Source: Prorocentrum cordatum
Lineage: Eukaryota
Assembly (NCBI GenBank): GCA_963575745.1
Contig: CAUYUJ010000167.1
Span: forward strand, 62,001-117,299
Direction: 5' to 3'
Length of the DNA stretch: 55,299 nucleotides
The stretch's first letter is position 1; each line of letters starts with the position of its first letter. The notes under the pieces were generated by a model. The model did no database searches, had not been told where the DNA came from, and saw only the letters and a program-made list of their open reading frames with translations. A program made the position numbers and the translations under genes. Of the stretch, positions 1 to 10,779 are shown piece after piece.

Positions 1-228
1 AGGAGGAGGAGGAGGAGCAATAGGAGGAGGAGGAGGAGGAGGAGGAGGAGGAGGAGGAGGAGGAGGAGGAGAGGAGGCGGAGGAGGAGCTGTAGGAGGTG
101 GAGGAGGAGGAGGAGGAGGAGGAGGAGAGGCGCGCGCGCTGGCCCGCGCGGCGCTCTCGCGCAGACCCGTGGCGCCGAGCGAGGGAGCGCCAGACGGCAC
201 CGCGCGCGCGCTTCCGGGCCCGGCGGAG

Positions 229-269
229 TTCAAGTTCGGTCCGGACCGCGTCGACGAGTTCCTGAAGAG
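229..269 (+). CDS. PPKL: PPKL (kelch-like repeat Ser/Thr phosphatase, BSU1 family), internal exon FKFGPDRVDEFLKR; gene starts upstream of the window
   Basis: Matches the PPKL/BSU1 motif FGPDRV. AG acceptor at 227-228 (alternative 233-234). GA donor at 270 (AG|gacctc), phase 2. Confidence 0.9.
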
Positions 270-322
270 GACCTCGGCTGTCGCGCGCGGTGGGGGGGGG
301 TGTTGGCAGCGAAAACGGAAGG

Positions 323-630
323 TGATGGGCCTGTTTTCCACCACCACCACCACCATAAGTTGGAGGGGGGAATGGGCAGGAGGAGGAGGAGGAGGAGGAG
401 GAGGAGGAGGAGGAGGACGAAGAGGAGAATGATGATGATGATGATGATGTTGATGATGATGATGATGATGATGATGAGATGATGTTGATGATGATGATGA
501 TGATGAGGAGGAGGAGGAGGAGGAGGAGGAGGAGGAGGAGGAGGAGGAGGAGGAGGAGGAGGAGGAGGAGGACCTCCCCCCTCCCAACTTATGGTAGTGG
601 TGGTGGTGGTGGTGGAAAACAGGCCCATCA
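323..630. mobile_element. family F foldback element with ~45-bp TIRs around (GGA)n/(GAT)n; second copy at 44846-44993
   Basis: tgatgggcctgttttccaccaccacc...ataagttgg and its reverse complement. Confidence 0.85.
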
Positions 631-698
631 GAAGGCGGGATGATAGGGGAGGGGAGGGGAGGGGAGGGGAGGGGAGTAGAGGAGTGAGAGTCGGGTTC

Positions 699-854
699 AG
701 TTGGGCATGTCCCTCCACAGGAGAATTGTTCGAAAAGAGTCAAACAAGTACTATGGGAAGGATTTTTTGACTGCTGTTGACTACTTTGGAGTATGCTTCG
801 ACTATTTTTTTGTTTTTTCGTGCAAGATCCGCCTGTAGGAGGGCATGCCCGACC
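699..854 (+). mobile_element. family A TIR mini-element, copy 1
   Basis: agttgggcatgtccctccacagg ... cctgtaggagggcatgcccgacc with a T-rich interior. Confidence 0.85.
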
Positions 855-2092
855 TAGTGGTCGGGGAGTGGAGGGGAGTGGAGGAGTGAGAGTCGGGGGT
901 CATGTCGGAGTGTGCCCGATATACCAGGCGCGTCTGCGCCTCGGTCGGTTTTTGCGGCCGAGTCGCGGTCGGCTGCGCTCGGTTGGTTCGGTTTGTCAGG
1001 GTTGGTTGTTGCACCGATGATGCACCGCTGTGCCCTTTTGGGCTGCTTGCAGCCTGTCGGACTCGGTCGCTTTCGGTTTCGCTAATGTTTCGGCAGATTT
1101 TTCGGTTGTTCTGTCACCGTAGCCGGCTGAGGAGGAGGAGGAGGAGGAGTAGGAGGAGGAGGAGGAAGATGAGGAGGGGGTAGGGGAGGCGAAGAAGGAG
1201 GAGAAGGAGGGGGGAGAGTCGGGCGCGAGGGGTGAGGGTCGGGGGCGTCCAGGAGGGGGCGGGGAGGACTAGGGGTCTGTGGACATCATGGCCAGGGCCA
1301 TGGTGTCATCCAGATCTCAAAGCTCCCTTTCCTTCTTCTTCTTCTTCTTCTTCTTCTTCTTCTTCGGATCATTGCTTTTCTTCTTCCCCGGCTCCTGTGC
1401 TCGACTTGGTCGATTCATTGATCTTGGCATCGTTCGGATGTGTGCATTTTTTCTCGGCGAGGTCCGTCGAGGAGCATTTTGAGTCATCCAGCTAAGAAAT
1501 GCACGCAAGAAGCCAGAACATGCACGGGGAATGGACGTCCGAGCGATGGCGACTGATGCGTTCAGGAGCCTGCGCTCCACAGCGATCGACTCGGCAAGGC
1601 AGCTTACAACAGGGGGTCACTCCCCGCCACGGAGGAGCTTCGATTCGATCGGCTCGATATGGAAGCCACTCGATCCATCGATCCATCGACTCGACCCAAC
1701 GGTTTCGATCGATCGATCCCATCGATTCGTATCGACTCGCGGGGTGCCCTGGACGGGCATCCGGGTGCCCGTCTGGTGGTCCCCAGAGGTTCCGGCAGGC
1801 CTCTGGGGGCCCCCCGGTGGCCTCCAGAGCCTCCCCCGATCGCCGCAGCGGTTCAAACCTGCATCCCCGCGCACCTCGGGGCCGACGACGGCGGCGGTGG
1901 CGGTGGCGGCGGCGGTGGCGGCGGCGGCGACGGCGGTGGTGGCGGCGACGACATTTGCGACCACGACGTCCACGACGTCCACGGAGACCACGGCGACGAG
2001 TACCACGACAAAGATTGCGACCGCGACTGCCACGACGACGGCGACTGCCACGACGACGACGACGACGACGATCACGACACGGCCCGTGGGAG

Positions 2093-2163
2093 GAACCCCC
2101 CCTTGTCGATGATCGTCCGCGCGCACGAGTGCGTCATGGATGGCTTCGAGCGGTTTGCCGACG
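2093..2163 (+). CDS. PPKL: PPKL exon NPPLSMIVRAHECVMDGFERFAD
   Basis: Diagnostic IVRAHECVMDGFERFA motif. AG|G acceptor at 2091-2092, GC donor at 2164. In frame with both neighbouring exons. Confidence 0.95.
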
Positions 2164-2381
2164 GCGCCTCCGCGCCCTTCGCCGCTCGGCCGAGGGAGGG
2201 GGACCTGGCCAGCGCCTCCTCCTCCCTGTCCCCTTCCTCGGGGAGCTGGAACATATACGTTGCCAGTGGTTGGCTGCTGCTCAATCCCAGGGCCGGGGAC
2301 GACGTCGAGGTGGTGTGGTGCTCACGGTTTTATCCGCCGCCTCGGGAAACGACGGGAAACGTGTAGACCAGGGTCCCGTAC

Positions 2382-2563
2382 CCAGACCCCCGACGTCATG
2401 ATTTTTTCGTGACGCGACCCCCGGAGGTCCGCACCGATTCCTCGGGACCGGTTTTTCATCCCGGTTTTTCATCCCGGTCCTGAGGGCCGGTAAGGGCCCC
2501 CGGAGGCCGAAAATAGCGAAAAACCTCTCGTCGTGATTTTTTCATGAATCGAGGGGGTCTGGG
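2382..2563 (+). mobile_element. family G TIR element (~182 bp); inverted copy at 3088-3273, degenerate copy at ~5591-5772
   Basis: cccagacccc...ggggtctggg ends. Copies align over their full length. Confidence 0.85.
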
Positions 2564-2683
2564 TTCACACCAGGAACCGCTCTCTTGTGCAATTTCCGGT
2601 GCGTGGCCGAGAAGAGCGTTGGCGTCCCGAGAGTCCGGCTCCCTGCTTCCTCTCTCTTCCCGGCGGTCGGGCCCCTGCGGTGA

Positions 2684-2904
2684 AGCCGGGCCTGTCCCCC
2701 ACCCTACGGGGGGAATCTTCAGAAATAGTCCAAAGATGATATGGGGACGATTTGTGGCTTATTTCTGGACCATGTTGGAGTTTTTTTTTTTTTTTTTTTT
2801 TGTTTTTTTTTTTTCTCCTTTTTTTTGTTATAAATATTTTTGTTTTAAATATCAAATATTGTTCGCCCCAAAATCCCCCTGCAGGGGGGGGGACACGCCC
2901 GACT
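2684..2904 (+). mobile_element. family A copy 2 (poly-T expanded)
   Basis: Both TIRs plus the internal ggggacgattt motif. Confidence 0.85.
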
Positions 2905-3398
2905 CAACCCGGCGGGCTCTGCGCCCGCCCGGCAGCAGGGGCCTCGGCCCCTCCCCCTCCCGAGGAGGGGCGCGGGCGTGCGCCTCGCCCTCTCGGGGGC
3001 GGCAGAGAGGGGGGGGGGGGAGTGCTGGCCAGCGGGGGGGGGGGTGATGGCCAGGGGGGTGAAATGCCAGGGGTTGGACGCCCGAGACCCAGACCCCCTC
3101 GATCCATGAAAAAATCACGACGAGAGGTTTTTCGCTATTTTCGGCCTCTGGGGGCCCTTATTGGCCCTCAGGACCGTCAAAAAACGGCTCGGGATGAAAA
3201 ACCGGTCCCGGGGAATCGGCGCGGATCTCTGGGGGTCGCGTCATGAAAAAATCATGACGTCGGGGGTCTGGGGATTGGCACGGAAAGAGTGGGTAACCCC
3301 GGGAAGTCTTTAGTTTTGCTCTCCCCCCCTCCTGGAGTTCTCGGCGGTGAATCAACTCGTCCCGAAACTCGTCCGCTCCCGAAACCTCTCCTCCTCCT

Positions 3399-4480
3399 CA
3401 AAGTGCAGCCCTCGCCTTAGCGCCGCGCGCATTCGTCTTAAAAGCTTGCAACAGTTTCAAGGATGGAGGGCTCGTGTTGTTCAAAGTGCAGATCTCGCCT
3501 CAGCGCCGCGCACATTCGTCTTAAAAGTTTGCAACAGTTTCAAGGATGGAGGGCTCGTGTTGTTCAAAGTGCGGCCCTCGCCTCAGCGCCGCGCACATTC
3601 GTCTTAAAAGTTTGCAACAGTTTCAAGGATGGAGGGCTCGTGTTGTTCAAAGTGCAGATCTCGCTTTGGCGCCGCGGGGCACCCGTACGCGACAGAGGAA
3701 TTCGGAGCGCGTTTGTGAGATAAGTGCAATATAACTCCACTCGTTCGTCGTCGAAGGCGCCTCTACCAATCTTCTCTTTCTCGCCCTGTTTGCAAGAATA
3801 TTGTGGTATGCGCTAGTACATATGTAATGCATTCCTTAATCTTCAGCGGCGGGGCGCCGATTAGTTTTCCGCTATTGGCCGCCGTGCTGAATAATGTTGG
3901 GGGGGTCTTTCTCCCAGGGAATAATGTCCCGTGGGCAACCCTACACGACAGAGGAATTCTGAGCGCATTCACAAGAGAAGTGCAACATAGATCCATTTGT
4001 TTGTCACCGAAAGCGCTCTTGTAAATCTTCTCTTTCTCTCGTCCTGCTTGCAAGAGTAGTAACTGCGTTAGTACATATGCAATGTATGTGTTCATCTTCG
4101 GCGTCGGCGCCCGCGCCGCGGGGCACCGATTACATTCCCACTATTGCGCGCCGAGCTGAATAATGTTGGGGGGTTCTTGCTCCCAGTGAATAATGCCTCG
4201 TGGGCTGCCCTACACGACAGAGGAATTCTGAGCGCGTTTGTGAGAGGATTGCAATATGGACCCACTCCTTGATCGCCGAAGGCGCCCCTCGCAATTTTCT
4301 CTTTCTCTGAACAGTCGAAAAGTTTGCAACAGTTACAAGGGTGGAGGGCTGGTGTGGTTCGACGTGCAGCTCTCGTTTCAGCGCCGCGCACTCTCGTCTT
4401 AAAAGTTTGTAGCAGTTACAAGGATCGAGGTCTGGTGTGGTTCAAAATCCAGCTCTCGCCCTAGCGCCGCGCGCATGCGT
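3399..4480. repeat. composite tandem array: 83-bp units (3399-3675 and 4318-4480) flanking ~260-bp units
   Basis: caaagtgc at 3399/3482/3565/3648. cgacagaggaattc at ~3690/3946/4215. Confidence 0.85.
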
Positions 4481-4609
4481 CTTCGTCTTCGTCGTCGCAT
4501 CGCTGTCGTAGTCGTAGTCGCACACGTACTCGTGATCGTCTTCGTCTTCGCCTTCGTCGTCGGGCCGCCCGAACTATAATTATGTTCCGCTATTGTCGGG
4601 TGGGGTCGT

Positions 4610-4698
<89 letters not shown>

Positions 4699-4839
4699 TT
4701 TTTTTGTTTTTGTTTTTTGTTTTTTTTTTGTTGTTGTGTGTTTTTTTCCCCCCCTTCTTTTTTTCCCGAGTTGTCAATAAATTCGCCCGACAGATATTTA
4801 TGTTCCATCTATTGGCCAGGGGACTTCTAAAGACTTATC

Positions 4840-5017
4840 AGGGTTACAATGCCCAACGACAGCTGGTTGTCCCAAGCCAACAGCGGCTGTTGTTGGGCAG
4901 GCGGCCTCCTGCCTCGAATGGGCACAGGCCGCGGCGGCGCGGACAGCGAGCCCTGTTCAGAATGAACAGGAACTGCTGTTGGGCATTGTGCCCATTCTTT
5001 CCGTACCCACTTCGGGC
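4840..5017 (-). mobile_element. family B TIR element (~200 bp); other copies at ~7372-7753, 17200-17412 and 18464-18670 in the opposite orientation
   Basis: TIR gggtacaatgcccaac / gttgggcattgtaccc and a shared interior. Confidence 0.85.
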
Positions 5018-5344
5018 GGGGGGCGGGGACACCGTGGCGGGGGCCAGGGCATCTCCGTGGCGCCTCTTCTGCTTTCGGTGCGTCCCCGACTTCCCCTGGG
5101 CTGCGCACGCGCCGCTGGCCATGATTTGCACCCGCCCCCCCCCCCCCCCCTGGACGCCCCCCTCTTGGGCGCCCCCGACGTGTGCCCCCTCTTGGGCGCC
5201 CCCTGGACGCCCCCCTCTTGGGCGCCCGAAGAGCGCCGACGTGTGCCTCGCTCCTTCCCCCGCGGGCTGCCGCGAGGTGCTCGTCGTGGCCTGCGTCGGC
5301 GGCGCGCACGAGAGGGTGGGGCCAGGAGGGGGGCCCCACGAGTA

Positions 5345-5507
5345 AGTCGGGCCTGTCCCTCTACAGGGGAGATATTCAAAACAGCAACACAAATATTCTG
5401 GGGGTCTGGGGGCGATGTTTCGACGATTTTTGAGCATTTTTGGCATCTGTTTGGACTATGTTTGCTTTTTTCGTCTAAAATCCGCCTGTAGGGGGACATG
5501 CCCGGCC
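5345..5507 (+). mobile_element. family A copy 3
   Basis: ta|agtcgggcctgtccctctacagg ... cctgtagggggacatgcccggcc|ta. Confidence 0.9.
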
Positions 5508-5824
5508 TAACCCCATGAGGTCTCGGCAGGCGGGGGGGGGATTCTCAGAGGCACCCCCGTCTTCTGGGAGGGGGCTGGAGGCTTTGAGGACCCACGCCCC
5601 CTCGCGCTGCGACAAAAATCACGACGTGAGGTTTCTCGCTATTTTCGGCCTCCCAGGGCCCTTCCCCGGCCTCGGGGCCGTCGAACATGACTCATGAAGC
5701 ACCAGTCTCCAGGAAGGGGTCCAGACTTCCGAGGGGCACGTCATGAAACGATCACGACGCCGAGGTTTTGGGGAGCCCCCTGCCCCCTGCCTTCAGGGAA
5801 GGCGCCCCCCCCCCGCTAAACTTA

Positions 5825-5961
5825 GGTCGGGCGTGTCCCTCTACAGGGGGAATATTCAAATACAGTAAGAAGATCGTACGGGGACGATTTTTGAGTACTC
5901 GTTTGGCATTTTGGGGCATTTTTAGAATATTTTTAATTTTTCGCCTAAAATCCTCCTGTAG
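5825..5961 (+). mobile_element. family A copy 4 (3' TIR truncated)
   Basis: Left TIR and interior, ending at cctgtag. Confidence 0.8.
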
Positions 5962-6197
5962 TCGGGGGCGGAAAAGAGGGGGGTGATGACTAGGGGGGGA
6001 TGGATATCATGGCGGGGGCCATGGTATTTCCCCAGATTTCATGGCGCCCCTTCTTATTCCATTACGCCCCTGGCCCCCCCGCTGGGCCGCGCACATGCCG
6101 CCGGTCATGATTTGCACCCCCCCCTCTTGGACACCCCCCTCTTAGCCGCTCCCGATTCACCGAGCGCGTTCCATTACTCGCAAACGGCCTACTCTGA

Positions 6198-6322
6198 AGT
6201 CGGGCGTGTCTCTCTACAGGAGGAATATGCAAAAATAGTTGAATCGTCTGGGGACCATTTTTCGACTGTTTTTGAGCATTTTTGGGATAGTTTTTGACTG
6301 TTTAGGGGCGACAGGCCCGAAC
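6198..6322 (+). mobile_element. family A copy 5, nested in another TIR element (6159-6498)
   Basis: Left TIR, ggggaccatttt motif, degenerate right TIR. Confidence 0.75.
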
Positions 6323-7050
6323 GTCTGCCTCGATGTAGTGGATCGCGAATCCGCCTCGGCGGATCAGGGCCATCGCAACCCCCCTCGGCGGATCCAGCCC
6401 GTCAGCAGGGCCGCCGAATCAGTACTTGCCCTCACTTGTTGGGTGGGTTCTCTGAAGACCACTGTGTGTTACTTGGCGAGTGGTGGAACGCGCTTGTCTG
6501 TTCCAAGACATCCAACGGGACCCTCCCCAGGACGCACAAGAGCAGCCGGCAGGCACGAAGAAGACCGGGGCGCCCTCTCCGAACCGACCTCGATCTTGCA
6601 CCTCGGTCCGGCCGCAAGGGCTTCTTGCGGCCAGCGGGCGGTTGGCGACGGAGGCCGGGAGCAGCAGCACGGGGCGGCGCACCTGCACGGCAGTACGCCG
6701 CGGGGGGCGTGGCCCCACCGGCCGCCGCGCTCGCGCTGGCCCGCACGGCGGCCCTGCACGCGCGCGTGCCGCTGCCGCGCACTCGGCCGGCGACGGCTTC
6801 GACGACCGCTCGGCCAGCAGCCCCAGCGCGCGCGCGTGGGCACCCTGGACCTCAGTGGGCCCCGGAAACGGCTGGCTGGTCCACCACGGGGGGGCATCAC
6901 ATTAAGGATCTGCAGCGTCGCTAAGATCATCATCCTCACCGTCGTTAGCATCATCACCGTCATCACGCAACCAGCAGTTGTCATCATCGTCATCACCATC
7001 ATCGTCATCACCATCGCCATCATCGTCATCACCATCGCCATCATCGTCGC

Positions 7051-7300
7051 TTAGTGGGCCCCGGAAACGGCAGGGCCGTTTCTTTACCGTCTCCGAAAAA
7101 GTGTCCCTTGCAAATGGGAACGGCAAACAAAAACGGCGACCGGAAGCGGCAGCAGAAGCGGCTCCAGGATTGGAGCCGGAGCGGGAGCCCGTAAAAGAAC
7201 GGCGACGGAACCCATAAAAAAACGGCGACGGCACCGGCAAAAAAAACTGGCAAAACGGAGCCGGTAGAACAGCGGCCCTGCCGTTCCCAGGGCCCACTTA
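7051..7300. mobile_element. TIR element with internal aaaaacggcgac sub-repeats
   Basis: agtgggccccggaaacggcagggccg / cggccctgccgttcccagggcccact. Confidence 0.75.
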
Positions 7301-7401
7301 TAAGCCCCGGGACGCAGGGAGTCCCACGGGCGCCCGCCTGCTGCGGGGAGGGCCGCCCGGGAGTCGGCACCAACGGGCTGGGTCGGGAGAGAACGGGTAT
7401 T

Positions 7402-7576
7402 CCAAATCCCTTATTAATCGTCCCCCGGGTCCGGTTTATTAGATCGCTTTCTTTGGATTGGAGCTGAGGGGGTCTGGTTTACTAAGGCGCCCCATCGAAG
7501 AGGGGGTCCGGAATATTAGGTCGCATTTGGAGGGGGGTCCGGTTCTTTAGGGGGGGTCGATTAATAAGGGATTTGG
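7402..7576. mobile_element. TIR element nested in a family B copy
   Basis: ccaaatcccttattaatcg / cgattaataagggatttgg. gggta occurs on both sides. Confidence 0.8.
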
Positions 7577-8393
7577 GGTACAATGCCCAGCAGCAGTTCC
7601 CGTTCATTTGGAACAGGGCTCGCCGTCGGTGTCGCCGCGGCCTGTGTCCATTTGAGGCAGGAGGCCGTCTGCCCAGCAGCGGCCGCTGTTGGTTTGGGAC
7701 AGCATCTGTTGTTCGGCATTGTACCCGTTTTTCCGTACCCATGTCGGGCGTCCAAATGGAGGGTCTTTTGACCTCCTGTTTGGTCTCTTGGAGGCCTCTT
7801 GGAGGCAGTGCTCGCCCGTCTTGGTGGCCCTGACCGCCCCTCCGTGAGCGGTCTTGGAAGCCCTGTAAGCGTCCGGCCGCCCAGGGAGCTTTGGGAAAGG
7901 GGGGTGGCGCATGCGACCGGGTTTCGGGGAAACGTGAGATTCGAGTGCGCCGGAGCTCGAAATGGCCAACGCTTTTTGACGCACGCGTCCTGGATCTTGG
8001 CTCGTGGGACGTTTGCAGCTAGAGCTTGCGCCAAATCTCAGATTGGATTCCGTCATTTCCGCGGTGGCCCCGTCAGGCCAACCCGAGTCCCCCGAACCCG
8101 ACTTATTGCGTTTTCCCGACTGTTGCCTGAGCGTTGCTCGGGCGTGTGCGTTTTTTCGTCGAGGCCAGCGCCTGGAAATCTGGACCATCTTGGAGTAGTT
8201 TGCGTCACCTTGAGAAGCAGCGTGCGCGAAACCAAGCAGCGCACGGGGAGTGGACGTCCGAGGAGCGACGGCAGGTCTTTTGCTCGTCAAGTTGTGGCCT
8301 CGCCCTCGCCTGCCCGCAGGGTTCTTGCATTGTTTCCGGCACGGGGTGCGACCCTGCATCCCACGCTGGAGTATTTTCCCTCAGCCCGTTCCC

Positions 8394-8528
8394 TCACCGA
8401 GCGCGTTGCACTACTCGCAAAGTGCCTATTCGCAGAAGTCAGAAAAAATCATGTCTTCCAAATCCCTCGCGGCGGATCCAGGACATTAGCGAGTAGTGTC
8501 TTTGCGAGTAGTGGAACGCGCTTGTCCA
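8394..8528. mobile_element. TIR element with a perfect 16-bp flanking duplication; related copy at 6159-6498
   Basis: gagcgcgttgcactactcgcaaa / tttgcgagtagtggaacgcgctt. ccctcagcccgttccc on both sides. Confidence 0.85.
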
Positions 8529-9423
8529 CCCTCAGCCCGTTCCCGACATACTCGGGACCCATACCCAATCTCTTTTGGCCCTGTTGCTTAACCTACCCGG
8601 CCTTCTCACCCAACTTGCCCGTCCCCCATTCCCACTATGAATTCAGCAGCCTTGCCCAAGTTACCTGGCGCCCAGGTCCAGTATACCCAGCCACCTGAAG
8701 AGACCCGCCCGAATCTATCCAGCCCCCATGCGCAATCTACCTGGCCCCTCTGCCCAATCAGCCCAGTAACATTACCCAACCTGGTCGGGCCCTGTTACCT
8801 AGCCGACGCATCCCGTGTAGCCAACCTGCACGTCAGCGCTTGCCCCATCCAGCTGTCCCCCTTTCCCGTCCTTTCCGGCCTTCACACCCCCTGCAATATT
8901 CCCACCTGCCGTGCCCAAACTGCCCTGCCCCCTCGCCCAGCGCACCCAGCCCCCGTACCCAACTTACCCGGCCCCCAAGCTAAACATATGGCGAAACGGA
9001 GGTTCGTCGTCGTCGTCGTGGTCCTGGTGGTGGTTTGATGTTTTTGGATACTTTTTTTGAGGGGGGGGCTTTTGGATTGGCCATTGGGGCCTCCTCTTTC
9101 CCTTGCGCCCCTCGTGACCTGGGTGGCTTCGACCCCACTCGTCTTATATGCAGTGGTATGCTTGACCTAGTTTGAGTGCTGGGTATCAGTGCCCTCTTCT
9201 TTTGTCAACACACTTCGTACTCCTTCCTCTTCGCCTCTGATTCCCGTTCTCCTCATGCATCATGCTCCTCCTCCCCCTCCTGATCCCGTCTTCTGACTCA
9301 CCGCACCACCTCTTTCTTTCCTCTCTGGATCACAGCTCGGGCAGGCTACCCGCGAAAGCCCATGCAGTTCTCCTCCTTTCCTTCACCCCCCCTGCTCTCT
9401 GGTGGCTGCCTGGCTGCAACCAG

Positions 9424-9462
9424 GTAAACTCATCACCGTGTTCAGCGCCACGGACTACTGCG
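9424..9462 (+). CDS. PPKL: PPKL exon GKLITVFSATDYC
   Basis: PPP-family LITxFSAxxYC motif. cag|G acceptor, GC donor at 9463. Not in the ORF track frame. Confidence 0.95.
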
Positions 9463-9744
9463 GCCGGCGCCCCCCTCTCCCGCCGTCTCTGGGAGAAGGA
9501 GGATGAGGAGGAGGAGGGGGGGGCATGAGTGATTGGGATTAGGAGGAGGAGAGGGATAAGGAGGAGGAGGAGGAGGAGTCTAGGAGGCGTAGGACAGGTC
9601 GCCTCCTCAGCGCCCGCCCCACCTCTTCTCTCCTCCCATCTTGCCCCCTTCCCCTCTTCCTCTTTTCACCTAGGTGCTGGCCCTCACAGCTGGATCTCGT
9701 CGTCTGTCGTCGCCGCCGTCTTTGCCGTGGCCGCCGCCGCCGCT

Positions 9745-9801
<57 letters not shown>

Positions 9802-9948
9802 TCCCCTCCTACCTCCCCCCTCCTCGCCCCTCCTCCCTCCACTTGCCCCGCTCACTCTTTCTTCGTGTCTTCCTCCTACCCCTTTCTTACCCTCCGTCCC
9901 TCCCTCCTTCTCCACTCCCCTCCCTTTCCTCCCCTTCTTGGGGCTGAG

Positions 9949-10028
9949 GCCACCACAAGAACGCGGGAGCCCTGTTGTTTGTGCGGCGCGACCTCACTGT
10001 CGTGCCGAAGCTCATCTACCCTGTCGAG
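9949..10028 (+). CDS. PPKL: PPKL exon GHHKNAGALLFVRRDLTVVPKLIYPVE
   Basis: NAGA...RDL..VPKLI(H/Y)P motif of PPKL/BSL. gag|G acceptor, AG|gc donor at 10029. Confidence 0.95.
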
Positions 10029-10779
10029 GCCTGCTCACTTTCTGCGCCGATGGTCACTCTGAGGAGTGGGGAGGGAGGAGGGAGGAGGAGGGAGGGAGGG
10101 AGAACAACGGCAGGAGGGATGAGGGACGAGGGATGAGGTGGTGGTGGACGCGGCACTCCAGCAGTCTGCGGGCCGTCAATGGCTAGACTTGTACCGCTTG
10201 GGCCAGGAGCAAATGTGTTCTGATTCCGAACGTCACCCCTCAGAGCGAAGAGTGGCACCGGGCCCACCCGGCACGGACCAGGAGCACGGCCGGCGGCGGA
10301 GTGGCGTGAGCCCCAATAGCGAACGAGGGAGGACGGGGGAGCGCAAGAGAAGGAGCAGCAACGCAGCACGACGTGCAAACAATGGCGTGGCTTCGGACGG
10401 ATCACTCGGTTCCGTGGTGCACGACGTCGGGCTAGGTTTGCCAAACCAAGTCGTCATGCATGGGCAAGCCGGTACATCCAAATCATTTTGACCAGACGAG
10501 GTGTCTAATCTTCGGCAATAGCTGTGGGGGCATCGACCAGAAACCAATCAGCATCATGCCGATGTACACGACCACCTTCGTCACCACCAGCTGTCAAGAG
10601 TCACAGCGAGAACACAGCTCAATGGCCAATGAGGTCGAAAGGATGCCGAAGGCATTCGCCAACACCAGATGAACAACATCGCAGCATGTTGAACCCCCAG
10701 CGCTGGCAGCAAGCCTGGCTAGAACTGAAAGCGAGGTCCTTGGGCCACCCAGGGGACCACCTCGAGGTGGCGTGCGGCC

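Noticed and set aside
150..205. PDGT peptide resembling the PPKL RDPDGTG segment
   Set aside because: It cannot be spliced sensibly to exon 229 and sits in a GC-rich hairpin. Probably chance or a decayed duplicate.
4611..4748. Long poly-T as a retrocopy tail
   Set aside because: It lies between short inverted ends (tgtcggg / cccgaca) with no adjacent gene body. Homopolymer length may be a sequencing artefact.
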